The notes beneath the pieces were generated by a model. That model had not been told where the DNA came from. It did no database searches and worked only from the letters and a program-made list of their open reading frames with translations. This document shows positions 47,377 to 59,915 of a stretch of 64,000 nt of DNA, piece after piece; the stretch's first letter is position 1; the number at the start of each line of letters is the position of its first letter. The stretch comes from Octopus vulgaris (lineage: Eukaryota). The DNA is taken from contig OX597832.1 in NCBI GenBank assembly GCA_951406725.2, positions 43,524,001 to 43,588,000 of the forward strand, given 5' to 3'. The position numbers and the translations under genes were made by a program.

Positions 47377-47695
47377 ATGTCTCTCTCTCTCCTTTTTGTG
47401 TCATTATCTCTCTCACACACATACACACCGTCTCTCCCACTCACTCACTCTGTATACAAAATAAGAAAGTGAAAACAAAATCTGTTCTGAATCATTCCCT
47501 GTTGAATTGCTGGTAAGTGATACGTTCAATTTGGTAATAATGAAATTTAATTTTTTTCCTCTTTCTTCACCGCCAACTTTTAGCTATCAACCCAACTCTT
47601 AACTATGAAAAGAAAAATTGGTCAAGTTCTTATCTTTCTAGAGTTACTTATGTCAAAGAAAATAACTATTTTTATTAATGATAGTTATAAATTTA
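47095..47695 (+). promoter_or_regulatory. Putative promoter/non-coding exon unit, proximal copy for gene B (donor at 47512/47513)
   Basis: Direct homolog of 40110-40500 and inverted homolog of 38510-39030. Confidence 0.55.
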
Positions 47696-47754
47696 CATTT
47701 CTGAAGATAACAGAAACCCTTTTCTCCCACCCTTAACACAAACCCTAACCCCCC

Positions 47755-47826
<72 letters not shown>

Positions 47827-48768
47827 CTTTCTTGAAATGTATCCAGTACTTCTGGTACCTATACCGAAGTTACGCAAGATTTTATTTTTAAATTATGTTT
47901 TTCTTTATCAATCTCCGAAAGATGAAAGGCATGACAGGTATGAACTTAGAATAGGAAGAACTGGAAAAAATTCCTTCGAGTATTTTGTCTGGCATGATAT
48001 AGATTCGGCCAATTCACCGACTTAGAATTTTCAGAAATAATAGTATTTCGATATGTCGTTCATCAGTTGGCTGCAACTTGTACGATGTGTGGAGCGCACT
48101 TAGTCAAAAAATGTTCCATCTGTGATCATTCCAGTCTTAATTCTTAAAGTGTTTCAACCGTGACGACTCTTGTATTTTTTTCCTTTCTTTAGACAAAAAA
48201 ATTAAATCCAAAAAACAAGCAACTTATGGTTGTCCTATTGGACAGAGTTACGTTAGCAGATTTCAGGAATCTTTTGATTGTTGATATATAAAATGGCGAA
48301 CACCAAAGTGAAACTAACTTGAAGAATTAAAAGAAACCAATGTGAAAATGATTTACTGGTGGGGAACTATACTGTTGTATCCGCCTCAGATTTTATGTAA
48401 AGCGCTTTTGATATATTTTGATTTATTCCGGCTACTTTCATTCGGAGTTCACATCCAACCGAGGGCGATTTTGCCTTTCGTCCGTTTTAAGGGTTGATAA
48501 AATAAAGTATCATTCAAGTCCTGAGAAAACTAGTGTTGTGACAAAATTTTGAAAGAATTATCATCAAGGCAGCGAGTTGGACGAAATGCTTAGTGGTATT
48601 TCGTCCAACTCGCTGCGTTGTGAGTTCGAATTCTGCTGAGGTCAACTTTGCCTTTCAGGGTTGATAAAGTAAGTACCCATTGAGTATGAGGTCAATGTAG
48701 TCAACTATTCCCCTCCCTCAATGTTGCAGGCCTTGTGTCTATAATAGAAAGGATTGTTATTATTATTA

Positions 48769-48816
<48 letters not shown>

Positions 48817-48939
48817 TTATTATTTTTATTATTATTATTATTTTTATTATTATTATTATTATCATTATTATTATTATCTCATCATCAGCATTATTATTAT
48901 TATTATTATTATTATCATTATTATCATTATCATTATTAT

Positions 48940-50298
48940 TATTCTATGTTTGACTTTTGCTTTATATTTGTACAAGTTGGCTCCAAGTCTCACCCAGAGA
49001 CCTCAAGAGACAACAGGGTTGGAAGTTCATGTTGTTGTTATGCCTAGTGTGCCATATATTTGGGGGTGGGGATGTTGTACTAATGAATGTCTAAAAAATA
49101 AAAAAATTTAAAAAAAAAAGATTTTTTTTTTGTTTTTTTTTTTTAAACCGAAAATTATGTTTGTTTTAAACCTTGAGATTACATAGAGAGTATTTTGCGT
49201 AGGATATGAGCAGTTCCCATGAGCACTATCTTTTGAACTTCTGCCATTTTTGGGTTTCCTGGTATCTGAGTTAGGTAGCTATCAGCCCCTTTTGCTATCA
49301 TTCCCAGGGCACCTATGACAACAGGTATTGTTTTAGTCTTCAGCTTCCACATTTTGCTGATTTCTATTTCAAGATCTTTATATTTGCTCAGTTTTTGGTA
49401 GGTCTTGACAGATACGTTTATATCGATTGGGACAGTCATATCAATGAGGAGGCATGTTCTTTGTTTGAAGTTTTTCAATATGATGTCTGGCCTATTTGCA
49501 TCTATCTTCCTGTCAGTTTGAATGGTGAAGTTCCAGAGGAGTGAGATGTGGTCATTTTCAAGCACTGGGGGTGGTTTGTGTTCCCACCAGTTTTTTTCAT
49601 GGGGCAAATCCAGGTTTTTACAGATTACCCAGTGAATATATTGTGCAGCTCTATCGTGCCTGTTGAGATACTCTGTAGGCGCTAGAAGACTGCACTTGGA
49701 GACCACATGGTCAATGGTTTCATTTGTTGCTTGCATACACGACACGTTGGACTGCTTCTGATCTTTAATATGTTGGCCTGGTAGTTTCTTGTTGGTAGGC
49801 ATTGATCTTGAGCTGCTATGATAAACCCCTCTGTTTCAGATTTTAAGCCAGAGGCCATTAGCCATTGATGGGTCAGGGCTTTGTCGATATCTGCATTATT
49901 CGCTCTCTTTGGGTATTTGCCATAGAGAGGTTTTTCTTGCCATTTATTATTCAGAATATCTAAGGCCGCAGTTTTGGCACGGGTTTTCATGCGCCTAGCT
50001 TTTTCTGTGCTTGTTTCTTGTATATCTATCTCCGAAATTGGTTGTATTCGGAATTCACTTAGATATTCCTTTGCCTGTTTTGTGACTGAGTATGATGCTT
50101 TCTTGTTTTCATGTTTTGAGACAAGTTTTAGCATCCAGTCCTCAGAGTTTTTCAGGTAGGTGTCTAGGCCAATTGTAGCAAATCTTCATTGTTATTGCCA
50201 GTTGCAAAAGACCACGGCCTCCCTCTTTTCTTGGCAGATAGAGTCGTTCTGTATCTGCCTTAGGGTGGTGCATTCTATGCATTGTCAACAGTTTCCTT
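48940..50298 (-). mobile_element. R4/Dong-like non-LTR retrotransposon 3' fragment (CCHC knuckle plus restriction-like endonuclease), frameshifted
   Basis: Motifs RLYLPRKEGGRGL, SETEGFIIAAQDQ, CRVC..ETIDHVVSKC, RHD, RPDI, IDMTVP and K..KY. Embedded in (TTA)n tracts. Confidence 0.9.
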
Positions 50299-50682
50299 AT
50301 TTTTATTATTATTATTATCATTATCATTATTATTATTATTATCATTATTATTATCATTATCATTATTATTATTACTATTATTATTATTATCATTATTATT
50401 ATTATCATTATTATTATTATTATTATTATTTATTATTATTTATCATCATCATCATCAGTCATTTGACTGCGGCCATGCTGGAGCACCGCCTTTAGAGTGG
50501 TGAAAGAGTACTTAAGCAGGGATCACCACATTCATCCCCTGCCGAGCCTCGTGGAGCTTTTAGGTGTTTTCGCTCAATAAACACACACAACGCCCGGTCT
50601 GGGAATCGAAACCGCGATCCTCCGACCGCAAGTCCGCTGCCCTAACCACTGGGCCATTGCGCCTCCAATATTATTATTATTA

Positions 50683-50740
<58 letters not shown>

Positions 50741-50745
<5 letters not shown>

Positions 50746-51030
50746 TATGTTTGACTTTTGCTTTATATTTGTACAAGTTGGCTCCCAAGTCTCACCCTGA
50801 GACCTCAAGAGAACAGGTTGGAAGTTCATGTTGTTATACCTAGTGTGCCATATATTTGGGGGTTTTTTGGTGTTGTACTAGTGAATGTCCAAAAAAAAAA
50901 CAATAAATAAAATAAAATAAATAAAAATAAAAAAAACGAAAATTGTGTTTGTTTTAAACCCTGAGATTACATAGAAAGTATTTTGCGTAGGATATGAGCA
51001 GTTCCCATGAGCACTATCTTTTGAATTTCT
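50741..51030 (-). mobile_element. Second short 3' end of the same R4/Dong-like element
   Basis: Near-duplicate of about 48940-49240 following a (TTA)n tract. Confidence 0.8.
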
Positions 51031-51771
51031 GTGGGTTGTTTTGTTTACTATGTAATTCAGGCCCCTTATTATTATTATTATTATTGAGTGAGAGAGCAGT
51101 GCATGCCATCAAAGTGACACTGGGGTAAAATATACGAAGCCCAGTATACCCATCATGACTACCCGTCTGATAAGGGTACACCAGGCACATGCATCACAAC
51201 CATATGTGCGCAACATTGTGATCTCATATCAAGATAAACAGCACATGACCTTGCAGCTGGGGCCCAGTTAAAAATTTTCTTCTGGTCGAGTAACCCATCC
51301 TGCTCAAAAGGTCCCTGAATAAGGGTTGTTTAAGGGTATTGAACGAAACACCCATGTTTCCAGAGGTGAATCATTCAAACCCCAAAGAATTCCTCTCAAC
51401 ACATGGCTATGATGCTCCCCCACTACTTCTACTCGTGATCAGAGATGCACATATCATCAGCCACAAAGGGACATGCTCAACTGGTTAAGGTCAAACAACT
51501 GACAAGCAAATCTGTGGTATTGAGCAGAATATTTGCTGTAGCCCATCTTTTATACCAAGACAAAAAACAATGTACATGATAACACTTCCAATCAGTTAAG
51601 ATCAGAAGCCATGAAAGCCACTGCCTGGTACTGCATCTATTATTATTATTTTTTTTTTTTTTTTTTATTATTTTATTATTATTATTATTATTATTTATTA
51701 TTATTATTTTATTATTATTATTATTATTATATTATTATTTTATTTTTATTATTATTATTATTATTTTATTA

Positions 51772-51861
<90 letters not shown>

Positions 51862-52549
51862 TATTGTTCAACATTTGGTAGTTTCAGGCAAATTTTTACT
51901 GCACCACCTGCTGCACTTCCATGTTGTTGGGAATGTGCAAACTCATACCAGTAGCGTATTGCGTCATTGCATTTTTCTTCATGAGGTGTGGTACAGTTCT
52001 TTGTTGTATTAGTGTTTGTATTGTGTCAGGTATACGCCCTGCTGGTGGTAGTTTATTTCATTGGATATTTAATATATAGAGCACGTCTTGTGTTTGTGGG
52101 TTGTTTTGTTTACTATGTAATTCAGAGGTTTTTTACTTTTATTTTTACATAGGCACAGGAGTGGCTGTGTGGTAAGTAGCTTGTTTGCCAACCACATGGT
52201 TCCGGGTTCAGTCCCACTGCGTGGCACCTTGGGCAAGTGTCTTCAACTATAGCCTCGGGCCGACCAAAGCCTTGTGAGTGGATATTTGGTAGACGGAAAC
52301 TGAAAGAAGCCCGTCGTATATATGTATATATATATATGTGTGTGTGTTTGTGTGTCTGTTTGTCCCCCTAGCATTGCTTGACAACCAATGCTGGTGTGTT
52401 TATGTCCCCGTTACTTAGCGGTTCGGCAAAAGAGACCGATAGAATAAATACTGGGCTTACAAAAGAATAAGTCCCGGGGTCGATTGCTCGATTAAAGGCG
52501 GTGCTCCAGCATGGCCGCAGTCAAATGACTGAAACAAGTAAAAGAGTAA

Positions 52550-52811
52550 GACATGGGCTGTTCATAGCAAGGCTATTTTTCTGGATAGTGTGTAGCGTTG
52601 AGGATCCAGGTATAGATTGTACACTTATGTTCATATGTTTCTTTCATCATGCCCAATGCTCCAATTATTACAGATATTGTTTTCACCTTTATGCCCCACA
52701 TCTTAAGTACTTAAATATCAAGGTCTTTGTACTTTGATAATTTCTCCACATTATTTTGGACAATATTTTGATCAGAAGGGACTGCAATGTCTATAAGTAA
52801 GTAGATGTTTT
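52550..52811 (-). mobile_element. Degenerate R4-like endonuclease fragment
   Basis: Minus frame LLIDIAVPSDQNIVQ..EKLSKYKDL...IIGALG. Confidence 0.65.
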
Positions 52812-53570
52812 GGATCTTTTCGGTTTGAAGGGCAGTTTTTTCCTAGCGGTGTCATATGAAATTGTCACCCATAATTATGACCCTAGTATCGATCTATTGC
52901 ATTTCAATCTGTTTTAGGCTTAGGTGTGAGGGGAAGGGTATCTTTTTTTCTTCGCAAATGTAAATAAACCCAATCTGTTTCTTAAACGAGGGACATATTC
53001 ATATGGCACAGAATGTTTTTTTTACCTCAATAGACGTCATTGATTAGTTGAAATTGCAAAAATTGAAGAAAAAAATGACAAGAAAAAAAAATTACGTAAA
53101 ACATAATGAGATAATGAGAAAATGTTCAAAATACATGGAGTTTTTTTCACCAGGGAATGAAACTTCAAAGATATCTCTCTCTTTTACTCTTTTACTTGTT
53201 TCAGTCATTTGACTGCGTCCATGCTGGAGCACCGCCTTTAGTCGAGCAAATCGACCCCGGGACTTATTCTTTGTAAGCCCAGTACTTATTCTATCAGTCT
53301 CTTTTTGCCGAACCGCTAAGTGACGGGGACGTAAACACACCAGCATCGGTTGTCAAGCAATGCTAGGGGGACAAACACACACATACATATATATATATAT
53401 ACATATATACGACAGGCTTCTTTCAGTTTCCGTCTACCAAATCCACTCACAAGGCATTGGTCGGCCTGGGGCTATAGCAGAAGACACATGCCCAAGATGC
53501 CACGCAGTAGGACTGAACCCAGTACCATGTGGTTGGTTAGCAAACTACTTACCACACAGCCACTCCTGCG

Positions 53571-53683
<113 letters not shown>

Positions 53684-55904
53684 CATAGTCAATCCAAACA
53701 TGAACAAGCAAGAAAAAACAACAACGCAAGGACGTGGAATAAGTACACTGTTATTGGACACTCAGGGAAGGAAAGAAAAGAAAGAGGATTTAACGTTTCG
53801 AGCAGAGCTCTTCATCAGAAATATAGAAAATGTCCAAAGAAGGGAAGACAGAGAAAGAAAATCGCCAACGATACACTCGCGGTCACATATTGAAATATAT
53901 ATAATTATATATATATACATACTTCCCAAACTTTAAGTACTTCTCCTTATTCGCATAACCAGCACCCCTCCTGAATTACCACTGAATCTTTGTATTCTTG
54001 GATTCTACCTCTACAGATTTTACTGGCTATTTTCATTGATGCAAATCACTCTAATCTACCACGGCTTTTGAACTTTCTGAACTATGAAACGCCATACATT
54101 TTCTCACCATTTTTTTCCTCTTAATCCTTTCTGATGAAGAGCATATGCTCGAAATGTAAAAGACTTTTCCATTTATCCCGAGCATTAAACAAATACACCT
54201 GCTTGTTGTTCCTACACCTGTCTTCGTCTTTTGTGTTCTGTAAATTTGAACTATATATATATAGTTCAAATGGAGTGGCTGTGTGGTAAGTAGCTTGCTT
54301 ACCAACTACATGGTTCCGGGTTCAGTCCCACTGCGTGGCATCTTGGGCAAGTGTCTTCTGCTATAGCCCCGGGCCGACCAATGCCTTGTGAGTGGATTTG
54401 GTAGACGGAAACTGAAAGAAGCCTGTCGTATATATGTATGTGTGTGTCTGTGTTTGTCCCCCTAGCATTGCTTGACAACCGATGCTGGTGTGTTTATGTC
54501 CCCGTCACTTAGCAGTTCGGCAAAAGAGACCAATAGAATAAGTACTGGGCTTACAAAGAATAAGTCCTGGGGTCGATCTGCTCGACTATAGGCGGTGCTC
54601 CAGCATGGCTGCAGTCAAATGACTGAAACAAGTAAAAGAGAGTAAAGATACATATATATATATATATACATATGTGAAGTACATTTGCCACCTAAATATG
54701 GCAGTGCCATAGGGGACAATGCTACTGCTCTTTATAGCCCCAAGAAGACATCTCCTCCGGCTGGCTAATGACACATTGTCTGTGTCTGATTAGTATTTGC
54801 GAAGAGAAATCATCATTCCCTTCTCTAGCCTTGTGGAGGTACATGGCCTTGTGGTTAGAACAGCGGACTCGCGGTCGAGGGATCGCGGGTTTGAATCTCA
54901 GACCAGACGATGTGTGTGTTTATGAGCGAAACACCTAAGCTCCATGCGGCTCCAGCAGAAGGTAATGGCGAAACTTCTCCTGATTCTTTCGCCACAACTT
55001 TCTCTCGCTCTTTTCTCCTGCATCTTGCAGCTCACCTGCGATGGACCGGCGGACCGGCCCGGTGGGGAACCTATACGCCAAGGAAACCAGGAAACCGGCC
55101 CTTATGAGCCAGGCATGGCTCGAGAAGGAACAAACAACAAAATCCCTAGCCTTACATGATACACACAGACCTGGGTTTCTGAGTAGTAACCCATCATCAG
55201 TATGTGATAATCACCAGCTAGCAATGAGAACTATATCCAACTGCTATATGCTTTTTCCAGTGACAAACTGTCACTGATCTTGAGAAAAGAGAAACAAGCA
55301 ATATTAATAAACAGTAGCAGCACAGAATTGTGAAGTATATTTGCCACCTAAATGTGGCAGTCCCATAGGGGACGATGCTACTGTTGTTTATAGCCCCAGG
55401 AAGACATCTCCTCCAGCTGGCTAACGACAATGCATATATGTATATATTCTTTTGCATGTTTCAGTCATTAGACTGTGACCATGCTGGGACTCTACCTTGA
55501 AGGGTTTAATCAAACAAATCAACCCCTTTGACCATACCACTAAGTTTGAGGGACATAAACAAACCAAAATCGGTTGTCAAGCAGTGATGGGAGACAATCA
55601 CAAAGACACACATACACATACACAACAGGCTTCTTTTAGTTTCCATCTACCAAATCCATTCGCAAGGCTTTGGACGACCTGGGACTATAGTAGAAGATGC
55701 TTGCCCAAGTGCCATGCAGTGGGACTGAACCTGGAACCATATGGTTTGGAAACAAACTAACTACCACACAACCACAATATATATGTAGTTCCTATGCATG
55801 TTTCAGTATTATGGTTGTTTTTCTGTAACAATGTGCAATAAAGTGTTCCCTGATAACCCCTTGTTGTGCATTTGGAACACCTTTCTAAGGCTCCAAACAT
55901 TCAA

Positions 55905-57322
55905 AATGATATTTGATGGTGTGATAGCAAATGATATCTGATAGTGTGATAAACTATATTTGGTGACACAATAACACGGTGTGATAACTTGTTATATTTC
56001 ATAGCATAATAACAAATATTTGATGGCATGATGATATGCTATATTTGACGATGTGATAGCAAAGCATATTTGATGATGTGATAACAAGCTATATTTGATC
56101 ATGTGATAATATACTATATTTGATGGTGTGATAAGCTATATTTGACTGTATGATACCAATTTATATTTGTTGATGTGATAACAAGCTATATTTGATCATG
56201 TGATAATATACTATATTTGATGGTGTGATAAGCTATATTTGACTGTATGATACCAATTTATATTTGTTGATGTGATAACTAGCTATATTTGATCATGTGA
56301 TAATATACTATATTTGATGGTGTGATAAGCTATATTTGACTGTATGATACTATATTTGATCATGTGATAATATACTATATTTGATGGTGTGATAGCTATA
56401 TTTGACTGTATGATACAATTTATATTTGTTGATGTGATAACTAGCTATATTTGATCATGTGATAATATACTATATTTGATGGTGTGATAAGCTATATTTG
56501 ACTGTATGATACCAATTTATATTTGTTGATGTGATAACTAGCTATATTTGATCATGTGATAATATACTATATTTGATGGTGTGATAAGCTATATTTGACT
56601 GTATGATACCAATTTATATTTGTTGATGTGATAACAAGCTATATTTGATCATGTGATAATATACTATATTTGATGGTGTGATAAGCTATATTTGACTGTA
56701 TGATACCAATTTATATTTGTTGATGTGATAACTAGCTATATTTGATCATGTGATAATATACTATATTTGATGGTGTGATAAGCTATATTTGACTGTATGA
56801 TACCAATTTATATTTGTTGATGTGATAACAAGCTATATTTGATCATGTGATAATATACTATATTTGATGGTGTGATAAGCTATATTTGACTGTATGATAC
56901 CAATTTATATTTGTTGATGTGATAACAAGCTATATTTGATCATGTGATAATATACTATATTTGATGGTGTGATAAGCTATATTTGACTGTATGATACCAA
57001 TTTATATTTGTTGATGTGATAACTAGCTATATTTGATCATGTGATAATATACTATATTTGATGGTGTGATAAGCTATATTTGACTGTATGATACCAATTT
57101 ATATTTGTTGATGTGATAACTAGCTATATTTGATCATGTGATAATATACTATATTTGATGGTGTGATAAGCTATATTTGACTGTATGATACCAATTTATA
57201 TTTGTTGATGTGATAACTAGCTATATTTGATCATGTGATAATATACTATATTTGATGGTGTGATAAGCTATATTTGACTGTATGATACCAATCTATAATT
57301 GATGATGTGATAACTAGCTATA
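55905..57322. repeat. 97-bp higher-order tandem repeat built from four roughly 24-bp monomers (about 12-13 units)
   Basis: GATCATGTG recurs at 56097, 56194 and onwards. Monomer core TATATTTGAnnnTGTGATA. Confidence 0.93.
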
Positions 57323-57461
57323 TCTTTTTAACTAACAATTCCACATAGAGAAGAAAAAAAAATTAAATTCTTTAATATTTCTTTAATCCTATAATTGTTT
57401 TTTGCTTTTTTTCTTGTGTTATTTCAGTTTCAAGACTACAACTCCATCAACTTAAAACATT

Positions 57462-57766
57462 ATGGTGAATGTTAACAATTGCTGCCAAAATTGTGGCAAA
57501 ACTGATTCTGAACTCCAAAAGTGCAAGCGCTGTAAAGTTGTCTTTTATTGTTCTGACACCTGCAAAATGGAAGACAGTGATGAACATAGCAGAGTGTGTT
57601 CTGTAGAGAATATGGGCTTTGCAGTTGATGCTGAATGTGTTAAACAAAATATTAAATTGCAGAAAGAAAAACAGATTGCTATTCGGGAGAAAGATAATGA
57701 TGGTGATGGTGATGGTAATAACAAGAATGATTATGATGATGATGATGATGAATTTTATTATTTTGT

Positions 57767-57801
<35 letters not shown>

Positions 57802-58047
57802 GGGCAACAGGCTTTATTAATTTGGAAGATGTTTTCAACCCAATTGGACTCCTTGGCCTCATCGACCCTTTCAGCTTCATGACTAATCCATTTTTATTTT
57901 TCGATCACCCATTGATATGTCCCCGTTGCAAAGATTTCAAATTCCAGCATATTTTTTGCCCGATATGCAGGCAAGTGAGTTACTGTTCTCGATGGTGTCT
58001 GTTGGTTCATCTTCCAATTCATAGATTCCTGTGCCAAGGACTAAAAC
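57462..58047 (+). CDS. Copy B coding exon 1: two atypical MYND fingers separated by an Asp-rich linker
   Basis: Acceptor gttatttcag (exon from 57428), ATG 57462, donor CTAAAAC|gtatgt. [13 protein letters not shown]...[12 protein letters not shown] aligns with copy A. Confidence 0.88.
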
Positions 58048-58309
58048 GTATGTACATATATCTTTAATAGAGTTTTTTATGAGAAAAGTTATTATTTTAT
58101 TTATTTCTTAAAAAAATATTGTTTAAATATATTTGATTATTTATTTAAATATTATTATTAACCTGAAGATTGACTATAACCATAATTCGAATTATTAATT
58201 GAATTTAAATTATTGTTATTCGAATTAGGTTTTGGGCATGAAACGATCGTAGTGGATTTACTTTGTATTTTATATTAAACTTTTTAATACTTTTTGATAG
58301 TTTTATATT

Positions 58310-58340
<31 letters not shown>

Positions 58341-58601
58341 AAAATAAATAAATAAATAAGTAAAATAAAATAAAATAATAATAATAATAAATAATATATA
58401 TATATATATATATATATAAATTTATAAGTATAAATTAATAATAAAGATTTTTTTTTTAATTAACTTTAAATTTAAATAATTTAAATTTTGAATTTTATAT
58501 TTTATATATTTTGTATATTATATTAATTAATTTTATTTCTATGTTTTGGTTTATGTTTTTCACTGTTTGATTTGCCTAATAGTGGTTTTATCTCTAATTT
58601 A

Positions 58602-58633
<32 letters not shown>

Positions 58634-59577
58634 TATATATAATGGGGCACCGCCATTATATATAATGGCGGTGCCCCAGCATGGCCACAGCTCATTAGCT
58701 GAAACTGGAAAAATCAAAATCAAATATATATATATACACACATGCCAGAATTTGAAACCATTATTTTCTGTGAGTTTTCACATAGATCTAGTGTCGTTAG
58801 TTCAGACATTCTATTTATTGTAAGTGAAGGCATGTGGCTTAGTGGATAGGGGTATTCAGCTCATGATTGTAAGGTCGTGAGTTCAATTCCTGGCGGCATG
58901 TTGTGTCCTTGAGCAAGACACTTTATTTCACGTTGCTCCTGTTTACTTAACTGGCAAACTAGAGTAGTACTTGTATTTCAAAGGGCTGGCCTTGTCACAC
59001 ACTGTGTCATGCTGTATCTCCCTGAGAACTACATTAAGGGTACACGTGTCTGTGGAGTGCTCAGCCACATACACGTTAATATTTCATGAGCAAGCTGTTC
59101 CGTTGATCGTATCAGCTGAGACCCTCTTTTTTTACTGCCCACAAGGGGCTAAACACAGAGGGGACAAACGGATTAAGTTGATTACGTCGACCCCAGTGCA
59201 TAACTGGTACTTAATTTATCGACCCCGAATGGATGAAAGGCAATGTTGACCTCGGCGGAATTTGAACTCAGAACATAGTGCGGCAAACGAAATACCGCTA
59301 AGCATTTCGCCCGGCACGCTAACGTTTCTGCCAGCCGCCTGGGACCCTCGTCATCGCAACCGACGGAGTGCTCCTTATTTATTGTAAAGCATGTTTGGTA
59401 CAATACTATACGAGGATCATTTATCATTGGTTGTGTGGTAAGTAGCTTGCTTATCAACCACCCGGTTCCAGGTTCAGTCCCACTGCGTAGCACCTTGGGA
59501 AAGTGTCTTCTACCATAGCCTCGGGATGACCAAAGTCTTGTGAGTAGATTTGGTAGACAGAAACTGAAAGAAGCCTG

Positions 59578-59625
<48 letters not shown>

Positions 59626-59846
59626 TATATATATATAATGTATATATATATATATAATGTATATATATATATATAATGTATATGTATATATATATGTATA
59701 TATATATGTATATGTATATATATATGTATATGTATATATATATGTATATATATATGTATATATATATGTATATATTTATGTATATATATATATATGTATA
59801 TATATGTATATATATATGTATATATATGTATATATATATATGTATA

Positions 59847-59915
<69 letters not shown>

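Noticed and set aside
54673-55430. About 100 bp direct repeat (54673-54772 and 55330-55428)
   Set aside because: Probably two copies of a dispersed repeat fragment; no further structure seen.
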